From IMG/VR virus record IMGVR_UViG_3300008116_000002: a stretch of 64,000 bases of DNA; one strand, written 5' to 3'. The stretch's first letter is position 1; every line of letters begins with the position of its first letter. The stretch comes from a virus (taxonomy: Duplodnaviria > Caudoviricetes). A program made the translations under genes and the position numbers. Below are positions 39,242 to 49,532 of the stretch, one piece after another. The notes below the pieces were generated by a model. That model did no database searches. It worked only from the letters and a program-made list of their open reading frames with translations, and was not told the DNA's origin.

Positions 39242-40823
39242 AGAATATATTGTTAGCTTAAATCGAGGTGTGGATTACGACGCTTTCTGGAATCAAATAG
39301 AAAACGAGAGCGAAAACGATTCCTTTGTACCATCTAGACGAGTAGAAATAATTAATAATAGAGATGGTAGCTCACGTAGTTGCCATTATTCTTTAACAGA
39401 TGAAGAAGCGGCAAACTTAAAAAATGATTCTAGAGTTTATTCGGTTGAAATTCCCCCTGATCAAAGAGACGATGTAAAAATTGGTCTAAGAGCTTTTCAG
39501 GTAGGAGACTTTTCAAAAGGAAATTCTTCTTCGGGTGACAGAAGAAACTGGGGATTAAAAAGGATAAACGAAGCAACAAATGTCTATGGCACAGGTAATA
39601 CTGCAAATGATATTTACAAGTATATCTTAGATGGCACAGGCGTAGATGTAGTTATACAAGATAGCGGTATTGAAGTTGCTCATCCTGAATTTAAAGATGA
39701 TGCGGGCAGCTCAAGAGTACAACAAATAAATTGGTATACTGAAAGTGGCTTAGGTGGAACACAGAATGCAAATCATTACAGAGATTTTGATGGCCATGGA
39801 ACTCACGTAGCAGGAATTGTTGCAGGCAAAACTTTTGGTTGGGCAAAAAATGCAAGAATATATTCCCTGAAGGTTAATGGTCTTGAGGGAGCAGGCGATA
39901 CTAACACAGGTATTTCCATTACAGATTGCTTTGATGTAATTAAACTTTGGCATAGAAGAAAACCAATAGATCCTAAAACAGGATTTAGAAGACCAACCAT
40001 TGTTAATATGAGTTGGGGATATAGTTTAACATATTCAAGTGTATCATCTGTAACCTATAGAGGAACAACTTACACTGACGGAAGTACTACAGGAGATGCT
40101 GCATACCGCTGGACAAATTATGGCTTAGTTAATTTGACCAGTGGAGGAAACTTTGTAACTAATTTTAGATTGGGTTCTGTTGATACAGATATACAAGAAT
40201 TAATAGATGAGGGAATACATGTTGTAATTGCGGGTGGAAATAATTATCATAAAATAGATGTACCATCAGGAGTAGATTATAATAATAGTTTTGTAACTGG
40301 TGGTTCCACATATGAATATCATAGGGGGTCTAGTCCGTATGATGATGAGGCATTAAAGGTTGGAAATATTGATACCATCACTTTTAACGCAGTACAAGAC
40401 CAAAAAGCACATTCAAGTGAAACAGGGCCAGGTATAGATATTTGGGCACCGGGTGCAAACGTAGTAAGTGCAACAAGTAACATTAATGAATATAGCAATG
40501 TTTCATATAATTTAGATTCAGGTTTTAAGCAAATTAATTTAAGCGGTACATCTATGGCAGCCCCGCAGGTATGCGGAGTAGGCGCACTTGTTTTACAATT
40601 AAATCCAGGATTAACCCCTGCAAATTTAAAGAACTGGTTTGTTACAAAAGCAGTAAGTAATTCGGTTATATATACTTCGAATGTCAACAATGATTACACT
40701 AATACAAGATCGTTGTTAGGCGGAAATAATAGATTTTTATATAATCCATTTGGTATAGAATCAGATTGTAATTTAGTTGGTCCTGTAACCATTACCAATG
40801 GAGCATTTACTTTAGAAAAATAA
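39234..40823 (+). CDS. subtilisin-like serine protease (S8)
   Basis: Catalytic motifs VVIQDSG, HGTHVAG, GTSMAAP; N-terminal propeptide-like region. Confidence 0.92.
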   Translation: MYKEYIVSLNRGVDYDAFWNQIENESENDSFVPSRRVEIINNRDGSSRSCHYSLTDEEAANLKNDSRVYSVEIPPDQRDDVKIGLRAFQVGDFSKGNSSSGDRRNWGLKRINEATNVYGTGNTANDIYKYILDGTGVDVVIQDSGIEVAHPEFKDDAGSSRVQQINWYTESGLGGTQNANHYRDFDGHGTHVAGIVAGKTFGWAKNARIYSLKVNGLEGAGDTNTGISITDCFDVIKLWHRRKPIDPKTGFRRPTIVNMSWGYSLTYSSVSSVTYRGTTYTDGSTTGDAAYRWTNYGLVNLTSGGNFVTNFRLGSVDTDIQELIDEGIHVVIAGGNNYHKIDVPSGVDYNNSFVTGGSTYEYHRGSSPYDDEALKVGNIDTITFNAVQDQKAHSSETGPGIDIWAPGANVVSATSNINEYSNVSYNLDSGFKQINLSGTSMAAPQVCGVGALVLQLNPGLTPANLKNWFVTKAVSNSVIYTSNVNNDYTNTRSLLGGNNRFLYNPFGIESDCNLVGPVTITNGAFTLEK

Positions 40824-40824
40824 T

Positions 40825-41214
40825 ATGCAATTTGAATTGACTGAAGATAATTTTATTATGTTTGCGGTAAAAAATTACGATAATCCTGGTTGTGTGGGGA
40901 TGGATGAATTTTATGATGACTTAAAAAGATTTAAGTATATAAAAAGATTACTTAGAAAACATAATGTTGGTAAAGATTTAAAAGAAAGATTAATTTTAAA
41001 TCACATTATAGTTCTTGGTAATTTGTTTGGGGTTGAAGCCACAACTAAAATGTTATTTTTTAAACTTGAGAAAAAGTTTTGGCCTCAGATAAAAACCTTT
41101 TTAGTATTTCTAAATTATATGCCATTAAAAGTTATAGTATCACCGGGTGTGGAAATTTTAGATATAGACATACCGATCGACGAAAAAATTTTTGAAACTT
41201 TAAAGACAATCTAA
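40825..41214 (+). CDS. conserved T4-like phage hypothetical protein
   Basis: FAVKNYDNP...EFYDDLKRFKYIKRLL...RLILNHII. Confidence 0.7.
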   Translation: MQFELTEDNFIMFAVKNYDNPGCVGMDEFYDDLKRFKYIKRLLRKHNVGKDLKERLILNHIIVLGNLFGVEATTKMLFFKLEKKFWPQIKTFLVFLNYMPLKVIVSPGVEILDIDIPIDEKIFETLKTI

Positions 41215-41215
41215 T

Positions 41216-41785
41216 ATGGGACGATTTGTAGATTCAATTATTGCTTATAGAATTTTAACATTATTAGTTACTCCTTTTGAAAATACTGAGGCATTTCGTC
41301 GCGGAATAATTGATACCAAAGGCAAAGAATTAAAAAAGATGAGCGATCTTAAATCTGTTGAAGATAGAGACGCTTATACTTTATTACATAGATTAGTATA
41401 TAGAATAAAAAGAATAATAGAGAAAGTGCCCATTGATAATAAAAAGATTGTATCTTTAGCTGCGGCATATTCTCTAATTAAAGAACATCTGAATAATAAT
41501 AAAGAACCAATAAATTTAGAAGAACAATATCTTAAAAGACTAGATACTAATCTTAACGAAGAAGTTGCTTATTTAGAAACACTTATGGAAAAGAACAAGA
41601 TGTTTACGTTTAAGCAATTTACTGAGGAAAATGGTCCAGTCGCAGCAGCTCCCGCAAATAACGCAGCAGCTACACCTGGCATTGCAGGTTTAGGAAAAGA
41701 TGTACCTGTTAGTGTAAAAGCGCAAAAAAGATATACCTCTAAAAATTCTAAATTTATGTTTAGACGAGGAAAAGTAAATGGCTGA
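41216..41785 (+). CDS. conserved T4-like phage hypothetical protein
   Basis: AYRILTLLVTPFENTEAF..GIID..G motif. Confidence 0.65.
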   Translation: MGRFVDSIIAYRILTLLVTPFENTEAFRRGIIDTKGKELKKMSDLKSVEDRDAYTLLHRLVYRIKRIIEKVPIDNKKIVSLAAAYSLIKEHLNNNKEPINLEEQYLKRLDTNLNEEVAYLETLMEKNKMFTFKQFTEENGPVAAAPANNAAATPGIAGLGKDVPVSVKAQKRYTSKNSKFMFRRGKVNG

Positions 41786-42119
41786 GCAAAAGATTAGAGA
41801 TCTAGATACAGATATTAGAGTGTCTGTTTTAGAAACTCAGGTTAATTCGTTAACTCATGATCTTGAGAAAATAGAAAAGAAAATTGATGATAACTATTCA
41901 GTTCTCCACACCAGAATAAATGAATTGGATGAGGCGTTTGAAATAAAAAATGAAAAGATATTGAAAAAGATAGATGACCATAGTTTGGCAAGCACCCAAC
42001 ACACCAGAGAACTTTTGGATAAGATTAATAAAATCGAAAAATGGAGATGGATGATTATGGGCGGGGCCTTGGTTGCTGGTTATGTTCTGGCACATATTAG
42101 AATGGAAAATCTATTTTAA
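41778..42119 (+). CDS. coiled-coil protein with C-terminal transmembrane helix (holin/XhlA-like)
   Basis: Heptad-rich body, KWRWMIMGGALVAGYVL tail. Confidence 0.5.
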   Translation: MAEQKIRDLDTDIRVSVLETQVNSLTHDLEKIEKKIDDNYSVLHTRINELDEAFEIKNEKILKKIDDHSLASTQHTRELLDKINKIEKWRWMIMGGALVAGYVLAHIRMENLF

Positions 42120-42122
42120 CAC

Positions 42123-42151
42123 TTGACATTCTACCTGTGATATAATATAAT
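42123..42151 (+). promoter_or_regulatory. consensus sigma70 promoter
   Basis: TTGACA-N17-TATAAT upstream of primase. Confidence 0.85.
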
Positions 42152-42173
42152 TTAGGCTTATATAGGAGCCTAA

Positions 42174-43196
42174 ATGTCTTTATTTGTCGATCTAAAATAT
42201 TTAAAATTAGTTAGTTCACAACTGCCCCTTTTTAAACAAAAGGGCGATCATCTATATAATTGCAGATGTATCATCTGTGGTGATTCTTCCAAAAAGAAAA
42301 ATAGAGCAAGGGGATACTTTTACTCATCGAAGAACGAACTGTATTATAAGTGTCACAATTGCAGCGCTTCTATGCACTTTGGTTCATTTCTAAAACAGTT
42401 TTTTAATGTACAATATAATCATTATGCTTTAGAAAGATATGGTCAAGGAATTCCAAAAAATAAACCTCATCAAAGTGTTGAGGAAAAATTTAAAATGGCT
42501 GAACCTGTTTTTGAAAAGAAAACCGAAAGACTTATTGATAAAATTTTAGATAGAGTAGATACCTTACCCGAGGATCATATTGCAGTAAAGTTTTGCGAAA
42601 AAAGAAAAATTCCTGTAGAAAAGTATGAGGATATATACTTCATTGATAATGTTAAAAACATAGAACAACTAAGTGAAAAATATAAAAACAAAATAGAAAC
42701 AAGTGAGCCTAGACTCGTACTTCCTTTTTATGACAGAGATGGGCAAATGACGGGAGTTACTTGCAGGGCATTAGGAAAAGAAACTCTAAGATATTTGACT
42801 ATTAAAGTTAAAGAAGATGAAATACTCGCATTTAATTTAGATAAGGTAAATACTGAAAAAGATATTTTTGTAGTTGAAGGTCCTATTGATAGTTTGTTTT
42901 TGCCTAACGCTATTGCAGTAGCAGGAACAGCATTTGTTAAACTTAACACACTTGATTTGCCTAAAGATAAATTAACAGTTATTTTAGATAATCAACCTCG
43001 CAATAAAGATGTTTGTAAAATAATAGATAAAATGATCGACGGCGGATATAAAGTAGTTATCTGGCCTCAGTCATTGGTGGAAAAAGATATTAATGACATG
43101 GTGCTTGCTGGTAAGAAACCATTAGATATAATTAAAAAGAGTACATATCAGGGACTTGAAGCAAAAATTAAATTCACTGAATGGAAGAGGTGCTAA
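42174..43196 (+). CDS. DNA primase (T4 gp61-like)
   Basis: Zn finger CRCIICGDS...CHNC; TOPRIM VVEGPIDSLF, DNQPRN, KDINDM. Confidence 0.92.
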   Translation: MSLFVDLKYLKLVSSQLPLFKQKGDHLYNCRCIICGDSSKKKNRARGYFYSSKNELYYKCHNCSASMHFGSFLKQFFNVQYNHYALERYGQGIPKNKPHQSVEEKFKMAEPVFEKKTERLIDKILDRVDTLPEDHIAVKFCEKRKIPVEKYEDIYFIDNVKNIEQLSEKYKNKIETSEPRLVLPFYDRDGQMTGVTCRALGKETLRYLTIKVKEDEILAFNLDKVNTEKDIFVVEGPIDSLFLPNAIAVAGTAFVKLNTLDLPKDKLTVILDNQPRNKDVCKIIDKMIDGGYKVVIWPQSLVEKDINDMVLAGKKPLDIIKKSTYQGLEAKIKFTEWKRC

Positions 43197-43904
43197 ATGA
43201 AGGTTTACATTAACAAATACAAAGATCATTGGATAAGTCCATATACAGTAATTGATCGCATTTTCTTCTGGACTGAATGGTCCAAGTGCAGTCGTGATCG
43301 TAGTGCTATTATTGATGATGCCAAATATGTCGAGCATCCTGAATGGGTAGATAAACTAGCAGACTTTTTAAATCCAATTTCTGTAGCTATTCAATCGGTG
43401 TTAGATAAAATTGATCGCAAGATTGATTATGTTAAAATTGATCGTTGGGATACTTGGAGTATGGACAATACTTTAAGTCATATTGTTCTACCTATGCTAA
43501 AACAACTAAAAGAAACTAAGCATGGTTCTCCCTATGTAGACGATGATGACGTACCAGAAGAATTAAGATCAACGTCTGCTCCTCCTAGAAAAAATGAATG
43601 GGATACAGATGATAATCATTTTAAGCGTTGGGATTATGTTCTTGATGAGATGATCTTTGCCTTTGAGCATAAAGTTAGTGATGATTGGCAAGATAATTTC
43701 CGTTCCGGTGAAATTGATATGATCTGGACACCCGTTGATGCGGATGGTAAAGAAGTACCAAAGGGAGAGCATAAATTTTATACGATGAAAGATGGACCTA
43801 AGCACACATATGTTTGTGACTATGATGGAATAAAGGCGATCGAAGATCGTATGCAGAATGGTTTTAGACTTTTCGGAAAATACTATCAAGGATTGTGGGA
43901 CTAG
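43197..43904 (+). CDS. conserved phage hypothetical protein
   Basis: DTWSMDNTL..I.LPMLKQLKETKHGSP; WDYVLDEMIFAFE. Confidence 0.7.
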   Translation: MKVYINKYKDHWISPYTVIDRIFFWTEWSKCSRDRSAIIDDAKYVEHPEWVDKLADFLNPISVAIQSVLDKIDRKIDYVKIDRWDTWSMDNTLSHIVLPMLKQLKETKHGSPYVDDDDVPEELRSTSAPPRKNEWDTDDNHFKRWDYVLDEMIFAFEHKVSDDWQDNFRSGEIDMIWTPVDADGKEVPKGEHKFYTMKDGPKHTYVCDYDGIKAIEDRMQNGFRLFGKYYQGLWD

Positions 43905-43906
43905 AA

Positions 43907-44074
43907 ATGACGATAGAACAAGAAAGAGCGTTTAACGATTGGTGGAATAAGTACTATAAATCTTCCAGCGATATACAAATAAAAGAAGCTGCAAAAGAAG
44001 CTTGGATTGCGGCAGTAGAATACTCAGAAAATAAAAGTGATAGAAATTTTAGATGGGATGGTATTATTAAATGA
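43907..44074 (+). CDS. small hypothetical protein (55 aa, not in ORF track)
   Basis: MTIEQERAFNDWWNKYY...; fills the gap and overlaps thyX start by ATGA. Confidence 0.55.
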   Translation: MTIEQERAFNDWWNKYYKSSSDIQIKEAAKEAWIAAVEYSENKSDRNFRWDGIIK

Positions 44075-44739
44075 AAGTAAATTTGATTAGCTATTCCGAA
44101 CCTGCAGGAACAATGCCGGCGGATATTGATAACATGCAAGACTTGGTGGCATATTGTGCAAGAGTTTCAAATCCATCAAACCAACTTAATACGGAAACTT
44201 CTGAAAAATTAATCAGATATCTAATTAAAAATCAGCACTGGTCTCCATTGGAAATGGTGAGTGTTTGTCTTGAGATAATAACCACACGAGATATTGCTAG
44301 ACAAATGCTTAGACACAGAAGTTTTAGTTTTCAAGAGTTTAGCCAAAGATATGCAGACCCCGTACAGGAGTTAGAATTTGTAACTCGTGAAGCAAGATTG
44401 CAGGATACGAAAAATCGTCAGAACAGCATAGAGATGAATTTTTCTAATACTGAACATAGAGAAATCTCAAGGCTCTGGCAAGAAAAACAACAAGAAATTA
44501 TCAGATTGGCCAAGGAAAATTACGTTTGGGCCATAAATAATGGTATAGCTAAAGAACAGGCCAGGGCTGTTCTGCCCGAAGGCCTTACTACTAGCCGACT
44601 GTATATGTCCGGAACTCTACGGAGCTGGATACATTATATACAACTTAGGTCGGAAAACGGAACACAAAAAGAACACGCGGAAATAGCAAAGGCTTGTGCC
44701 GAAGTCATTTCCTCTATTTTCCCAATGATTAAAGAGTAA
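44071..44739 (+). CDS. thyX: flavin-dependent thymidylate synthase
   Basis: HWSPLE, RHRSFSFQEFSQRY ThyX motif, TQKEH. Confidence 0.95.
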   Translation: MKVNLISYSEPAGTMPADIDNMQDLVAYCARVSNPSNQLNTETSEKLIRYLIKNQHWSPLEMVSVCLEIITTRDIARQMLRHRSFSFQEFSQRYADPVQELEFVTREARLQDTKNRQNSIEMNFSNTEHREISRLWQEKQQEIIRLAKENYVWAINNGIAKEQARAVLPEGLTTSRLYMSGTLRSWIHYIQLRSENGTQKEHAEIAKACAEVISSIFPMIKE

Positions 44740-44745
44740 ACTATT

Positions 44746-45207
44746 ATGTGGATACTTAATTTCTTACCCGATTCTTTTCTGGTACTTGTAGTACATGCAA
44801 TCACGCTGTTAGGTATTATTGGTCTTACCGTCGGATTTTTCCTAGGGTTTATACCATTAATCAGAACATATTCTAAAACAATTAAAATCGCAAGCACGGT
44901 TATTCTTCTAGCAGGTGTTTATCTGCAAGGGGGTCTTGATACTGAAATGGAATGGAGACAACGTGTTGCTGAGATGGAAGAAAAAGTTAAAGTTGTAGAA
45001 AAGAAAGTCGAAGTAACAAACACTAAAATTAAAACTAAAATTGTAACAGTCAATAAACTTATTGAGAAAAAGGGACAAAAGACTGTAGAATATATCGATA
45101 GAGAAGTTGTAAAGTATGATAACAGTTGCGTCATTCCAAAAGAATTTGTAAGAGCTGTTAATGACGCTGCAGCAAAAGTAGACGTAAAAGAAGGAGAAGG
45201 ACAATGA
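44746..45207 (+). CDS. putative inner-membrane spanin (Rz-like)
   Basis: N-terminal TM helices then periplasmic coiled coil with one Cys; followed by a lipoprotein. Confidence 0.55.
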   Translation: MWILNFLPDSFLVLVVHAITLLGIIGLTVGFFLGFIPLIRTYSKTIKIASTVILLAGVYLQGGLDTEMEWRQRVAEMEEKVKVVEKKVEVTNTKIKTKIVTVNKLIEKKGQKTVEYIDREVVKYDNSCVIPKEFVRAVNDAAAKVDVKEGEGQ

Positions 45208-45470
45208 ACAAAATTTTTCTATTTTTAACTTCTCTGTTTCTGGTTGGTTGCTCAACCACAGTACCTGTAGTTATGAAGTTCCCCGCAGCACCCGAAGAAC
45301 TAAGACAACCGTGTCAGGATTTATCTGTCTTGAATGAGGAAGCAAAACTTAGTGATGTAGCGAAATCAGTTTCTTCAAATTATACACTTTATCATAAATG
45401 TGCAAGCAAAGTAGATCTATGGAATGAATGGTATACTGAACAAAAGAAAAATTTCGAATCTTTAAAATAA
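45204..45470 (+). CDS. putative outer-membrane spanin lipoprotein (Rz1-like)
   Basis: Signal peptide with lipobox LVGC; Pro-rich PVVMKFPAAPEELRQPC. Confidence 0.6.
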   Translation: MNKIFLFLTSLFLVGCSTTVPVVMKFPAAPEELRQPCQDLSVLNEEAKLSDVAKSVSSNYTLYHKCASKVDLWNEWYTEQKKNFESLK

Positions 45471-45488
45471 TAATAACCGGAGTAAAGA

Positions 45489-47288
45489 ATGGCAGAAAAT
45501 ATGGTACATGGGATTGTTGTCGATTATTCTAGAGACACACTATTCGATGAGTTGGGTATTAAAAGACTAAAAGATAGTTACATGAAGGAAGAAGAACAAT
45601 CTCCTCAAGAAAGGTTTGCCTATGTTTCAAAAGCTTTCGGATCTAACAAAGACCATGCTCAGCGCCTTTACGATTACAGCTCTAGGCACTGGCTTTCTTA
45701 TTCTACTCCTATTCTTTCTTTTGGGCGTAGTAAGCGTGGCCTTCCTATTAGTTGCTTTCTTCCCTATCTGGATGATAGCGCAGAAGGTCTTGTCAACACA
45801 CTTTCGGAAGTCAACTGGCTTTCGATGCTAGGTGGAGGAGTTGGAATTGGACTGGGTATTCGTTCTGCTGATGACAAGTCAGTTGGCATTATGCCTCATC
45901 TTCGAACGTATGATGCATCCTCGCTTGCGTATAGACAAGGTCGCACTCGTCGCGGCAGTTATGCTACATATCTTGACATTAACCATCCTGACATATTACT
46001 TTATCTAGAGATGAGAAAGCCCACAGGCGATCCTAATATGCGGGCGTTGAATTTACATCACGGAATCAACATTACAGATGATTTCATGAATTTGGTAGAG
46101 AAGTGTATGATTGATTCTCAGGCAGATGATACCTGGGAATTGAGAGATCCTCATTCTGGAGAGGTTCGAGATACAATTTCTGCCAGAGAACTTTGGCAGC
46201 GCATTCTCGAAATTAGAATGATGACGGGTGAACCATATCTACATTTTATTGATACAAGTAACAGGCACATGCCAAAGTTCCAAAAAGAACTGGGACTTAG
46301 TATTAGACAATCTAATTTGTGTTCTGAAATTATTTTACCTACAGATAAGAAACGTACTGCAGTTTGTTGCCTTTCGTCTGTTAATTTGGAGTATTATGAT
46401 GAGTGGAAAGATAACAAACTTTTTCTTCGGGACGTCGCGGAGATGCTGGATAACGTACTTCAGTATTTTATTGACAATGCTCCTGATGCTATTTCTAGAG
46501 CCAGGTTCTCTGCTGAGCAAGAGCGCAGCATTGGTGTGGGGGCTCTTGGCTTCCATGCTTATTTACAGAAGAATAATATTGCCTTCGAAAGCCCGATGGC
46601 GATAGGAAGAAATAAACAAATCTTCAAACACATCAGGGGAAAATTAAATGAAGCGAATATTGCCTTGGCGAAAGAACGAGGTGAAGCTCCGGATGCTACA
46701 GGTACTGGTAACCGCTTCAGCCATCTCATGGCTATTGCACCCAATGCTAGCTCTTCTATCATCATGGGCAACACTAGCCCTAGCGTTGAACCTTATCGAG
46801 CAAATGCATATAGACAAGATACGCTCAGCGGATCATCTTTAAATAAAAACAAGTATTTAGATTCAATTATTCGCAAAGAAGCAGAATCTCATAAGGATGG
46901 TTGGTATGAGGAAGTCTGGTCAAGTATTATCGCAAATGATGGTTCGGTGCAACATCTAGAATGGATGGATGGATGGACAAAAGATGTATTCAAAACATCT
47001 ATGGAAATAGATCAGCGCTGGATCATTGAACACGCTGCAAATAGACAGGAATATATAGATCAAGCACAATCTATTAATCTTTTCTTCAGACCAGATGCAA
47101 ACGTAAAATATCTACATGCAGTACATTTTATGGCATGGAAGTTAGGTCTAAAAACTCTTTACTATTGCCGCTCCGAAAAGATTGGTAAAGCGGATAAAGT
47201 ATCAAAGAGAATTGAAAGAGAAGTCATTAAAGAAATTGATATGAAAGCTATGATCGAAGGAGATGCTTGTTTAGCCTGCGAGGGATAA
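45489..47288 (+). CDS. nrdA: ribonucleoside-diphosphate reductase alpha subunit (class Ia, no ATP cone)
   Basis: LPISCF, SNLCSEI, AIAPNASSS, KTLYY, C-terminal CLACEG. Confidence 0.95.
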   Translation: MAENMVHGIVVDYSRDTLFDELGIKRLKDSYMKEEEQSPQERFAYVSKAFGSNKDHAQRLYDYSSRHWLSYSTPILSFGRSKRGLPISCFLPYLDDSAEGLVNTLSEVNWLSMLGGGVGIGLGIRSADDKSVGIMPHLRTYDASSLAYRQGRTRRGSYATYLDINHPDILLYLEMRKPTGDPNMRALNLHHGINITDDFMNLVEKCMIDSQADDTWELRDPHSGEVRDTISARELWQRILEIRMMTGEPYLHFIDTSNRHMPKFQKELGLSIRQSNLCSEIILPTDKKRTAVCCLSSVNLEYYDEWKDNKLFLRDVAEMLDNVLQYFIDNAPDAISRARFSAEQERSIGVGALGFHAYLQKNNIAFESPMAIGRNKQIFKHIRGKLNEANIALAKERGEAPDATGTGNRFSHLMAIAPNASSSIIMGNTSPSVEPYRANAYRQDTLSGSSLNKNKYLDSIIRKEAESHKDGWYEEVWSSIIANDGSVQHLEWMDGWTKDVFKTSMEIDQRWIIEHAANRQEYIDQAQSINLFFRPDANVKYLHAVHFMAWKLGLKTLYYCRSEKIGKADKVSKRIEREVIKEIDMKAMIEGDACLACEG

Positions 47289-47289
47289 A

Positions 47290-47928
47290 ATGAAAGGCAC
47301 CATAGCCTTATTTTTAAATCATCCAAAGTGTTCTGTACAATCAGGCAATGGTATTATCAAGGCATTAGATCCTTATTATCATTTTAAGATTTTTACAAAG
47401 CATGATATAGAAAGTAAATTCTTTGATGATGTGGATATGGTTTGCTTTCCTGGGGGAGTCGGTGACATGACTTCCTTCTCGTCTATGCATCCTGAGACAA
47501 AGAAACTAGTTAGAAACTATGTTAGACGAGGCGGAAAGTATCTTGGTATTTGCATGGGTGCCTATTGGGCAGATTCAAAGTTTTTTAATATTCTTGATGA
47601 TGTGAGAGTGGTACAATATATTAAACAACCCAATGTAAATACCAGGAGACCTCATGCAAAGGCAATGCCGGTAACATGGCGAGGTGTTGAAGATAAAATA
47701 TTCTTTTTTGATGGTTGTACCTACGTAGGAAATAAGTTTAAAACCATTGCTAAGTATGAAACAGGCCACCCAATGGCTATTATACAAAACAATGTTGGTC
47801 TAATAGCATGTCATCTTGAAAGTGAAAAATATTGGTATGATGATTATTCTTGGATGCCGAAACACTGGCATAATTACAGACATCAAAAATTATTAGTTGA
47901 TTTTGTAGATACACTATACAGGAGTTAG
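47290..47928 (+). CDS. class I glutamine amidotransferase-like (BPL_N-type) protein
   Basis: FPGG oxyanion strand, YLGICMGAY nucleophile elbow, CHLE His-x-Glu. Confidence 0.75.
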   Translation: MKGTIALFLNHPKCSVQSGNGIIKALDPYYHFKIFTKHDIESKFFDDVDMVCFPGGVGDMTSFSSMHPETKKLVRNYVRRGGKYLGICMGAYWADSKFFNILDDVRVVQYIKQPNVNTRRPHAKAMPVTWRGVEDKIFFFDGCTYVGNKFKTIAKYETGHPMAIIQNNVGLIACHLESEKYWYDDYSWMPKHWHNYRHQKLLVDFVDTLYRS

Positions 47929-47929
47929 A

Positions 47930-48118
47930 ATGGTGGGTGAAATTTTAGTATGGGGATTCTTTTCTGCTTTTGGTTGGATGGCGGCAAATTGGACAGCTGA
48001 TAAAATTATACCAGAAAAACCTAAGCAGGAGGTTCAAGTTTGTACTGCCTGGGAGGAAAAAGATAATGGTGATGGTACAAGAACAAGATCAAGAACCTGC
48101 AATTTTTTAAAGGAGTAG
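47930..48118 (+). CDS. small membrane-anchored protein
   Basis: N-terminal hydrophobic segment; two Cys. Confidence 0.5.
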   Translation: MVGEILVWGFFSAFGWMAANWTADKIIPEKPKQEVQVCTAWEEKDNGDGTRTRSRTCNFLKE

Positions 48119-48123
48119 CATGA

Positions 48124-48450
48124 ATGCTTAGTATTTCAGAATCAGCTACCAAAAAAATTAAAGAAATAATTGACGAAGAGAGCAACCCGGATTTAAAATT
48201 AAGAATATTTGTGCAGGGTGGCGGTTGCTCAGGATTTCAATATGGGTTTACCTTAGATGAAAAAACTGAAGAGGATGATTTTTCTTTTGAGAAAAACGGA
48301 GTACAAGTGTTAGTAGATTCTATAAGTATGCAGTATTTGAATGAAGCGGAAATAGATTATGAAAAGACTTTGACTTCTGCAGAATTTAAAATTAAAAATC
48401 CAAACGTAAAGGCAACCTGCGGTTGCGGGTCAAGTTTCACTATAGATTAA
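48124..48450 (+). CDS. erpA: A-type Fe-S carrier (ErpA/IscA/HesB family)
   Basis: [17 protein letters not shown] and [14 protein letters not shown]. Confidence 0.9.
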   Translation: MLSISESATKKIKEIIDEESNPDLKLRIFVQGGGCSGFQYGFTLDEKTEEDDFSFEKNGVQVLVDSISMQYLNEAEIDYEKTLTSAEFKIKNPNVKATCGCGSSFTID

Positions 48451-48489
48451 GAAACGGAAAAATCTCATGTTAGAACCATAATCTAAAGG

Positions 48490-48517
48490 TAGACTTAACC
48501 CTCACTGGAATTATAAT
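48490..48517 (+). promoter_or_regulatory. possible sigma70 promoter for nrdB
   Basis: TAGACT-N16-TATAAT. Confidence 0.45.
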
Positions 48518-48536
48518 AGAAAGGCAAAACCGTAAA

Positions 48537-49532
48537 ATGAATGAAGCTCACAAAAAATTAAAACTTACAGATGAAAGATCATATTTTAAGCCCTTTAAAT
48601 ATCCTCAATTCTATGATGCCTGGCTAAAACATGAACAAAGCCATTGGCTGCATACAGAAGTCCCTATGTTAGAAGATGTAAAGGATTGGAAGAAAAAATT
48701 AACAGATGCAGAAAAACAATTTTTAACTAATATTTTTAGATTTTTTACTCAGGGCGATGTTGATGTTGCCGGAGGATATGTAAAGAACTATCTTCCTCAC
48801 TTCCCACAACCTGAAGTAAGAATGATGTTAGCAGGATTTGCAGCAAGAGAAGCATTACATATTGCCGCATATTCTCATTTAATTGAAACACTTGGCATGC
48901 CCGAGTCTACGTATAATGATTTTTTAGAATATCAGGAGATGAGAGATAAACATGATTACGTTCTTGGTATTAGCTCACAGAATGGCGATGCTGCTAGTAC
49001 TGCTACTCATATTGCAGTATTCAGTGCTTTCACCGAAGGGATGCAATTATTCAGTTCCTTTATCATGTTACTTAACTTTCCTAGACATGGAAAGATGAAG
49101 GGCATGGGGCAGATTGTTACCTGGTCTATTGTGGATGAAACACAGCACGCCGAGGCAATGATTAAGCTATTCCGAACATATATAGAAGAAAACAAGGAGA
49201 TCTGGAACGATGAGCTTAAAGGGAAGATTTACACGATTGCGGAGAAGATGGTGGATCTTGAAGATAAGTTTATTGAACTTGCTTTTCGATCTGGCGCAAT
49301 CGAAGGTTTAACTGAAAATGAAGTAAAAGAATATATTCGTTATATTGCGGATAGACGTCTTATTAGTTTAGGATTAAAAGGTATCTTTAAACGTAAAAAG
49401 AATCCTTTACCCTGGGTTGAGGAAATGATCAACGCACCAACGCATACTAACTTCTTTGAAAACAGAGCGACAGATTATGCTAAAGGTGCACTAAGTGGAA
49501 ATTGGAATGATGTATGGGGCAAGGCGGCGTGA
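48537..49532 (+). CDS. nrdB: ribonucleoside-diphosphate reductase beta subunit
   Basis: FFTQGD, REALHIAAYSH, FTEGMQLFSSF, VDETQH, NFFE. Confidence 0.95.
   Translation: MNEAHKKLKLTDERSYFKPFKYPQFYDAWLKHEQSHWLHTEVPMLEDVKDWKKKLTDAEKQFLTNIFRFFTQGDVDVAGGYVKNYLPHFPQPEVRMMLAGFAAREALHIAAYSHLIETLGMPESTYNDFLEYQEMRDKHDYVLGISSQNGDAASTATHIAVFSAFTEGMQLFSSFIMLLNFPRHGKMKGMGQIVTWSIVDETQHAEAMIKLFRTYIEENKEIWNDELKGKIYTIAEKMVDLEDKFIELAFRSGAIEGLTENEVKEYIRYIADRRLISLGLKGIFKRKKNPLPWVEEMINAPTHTNFFENRATDYAKGALSGNWNDVWGKAA

Noticed and set aside
44071-49532. Group I introns or inteins in thyX, nrdA, nrdB
   Set aside because: All three ORFs are continuous and of normal length with expected motif spacing
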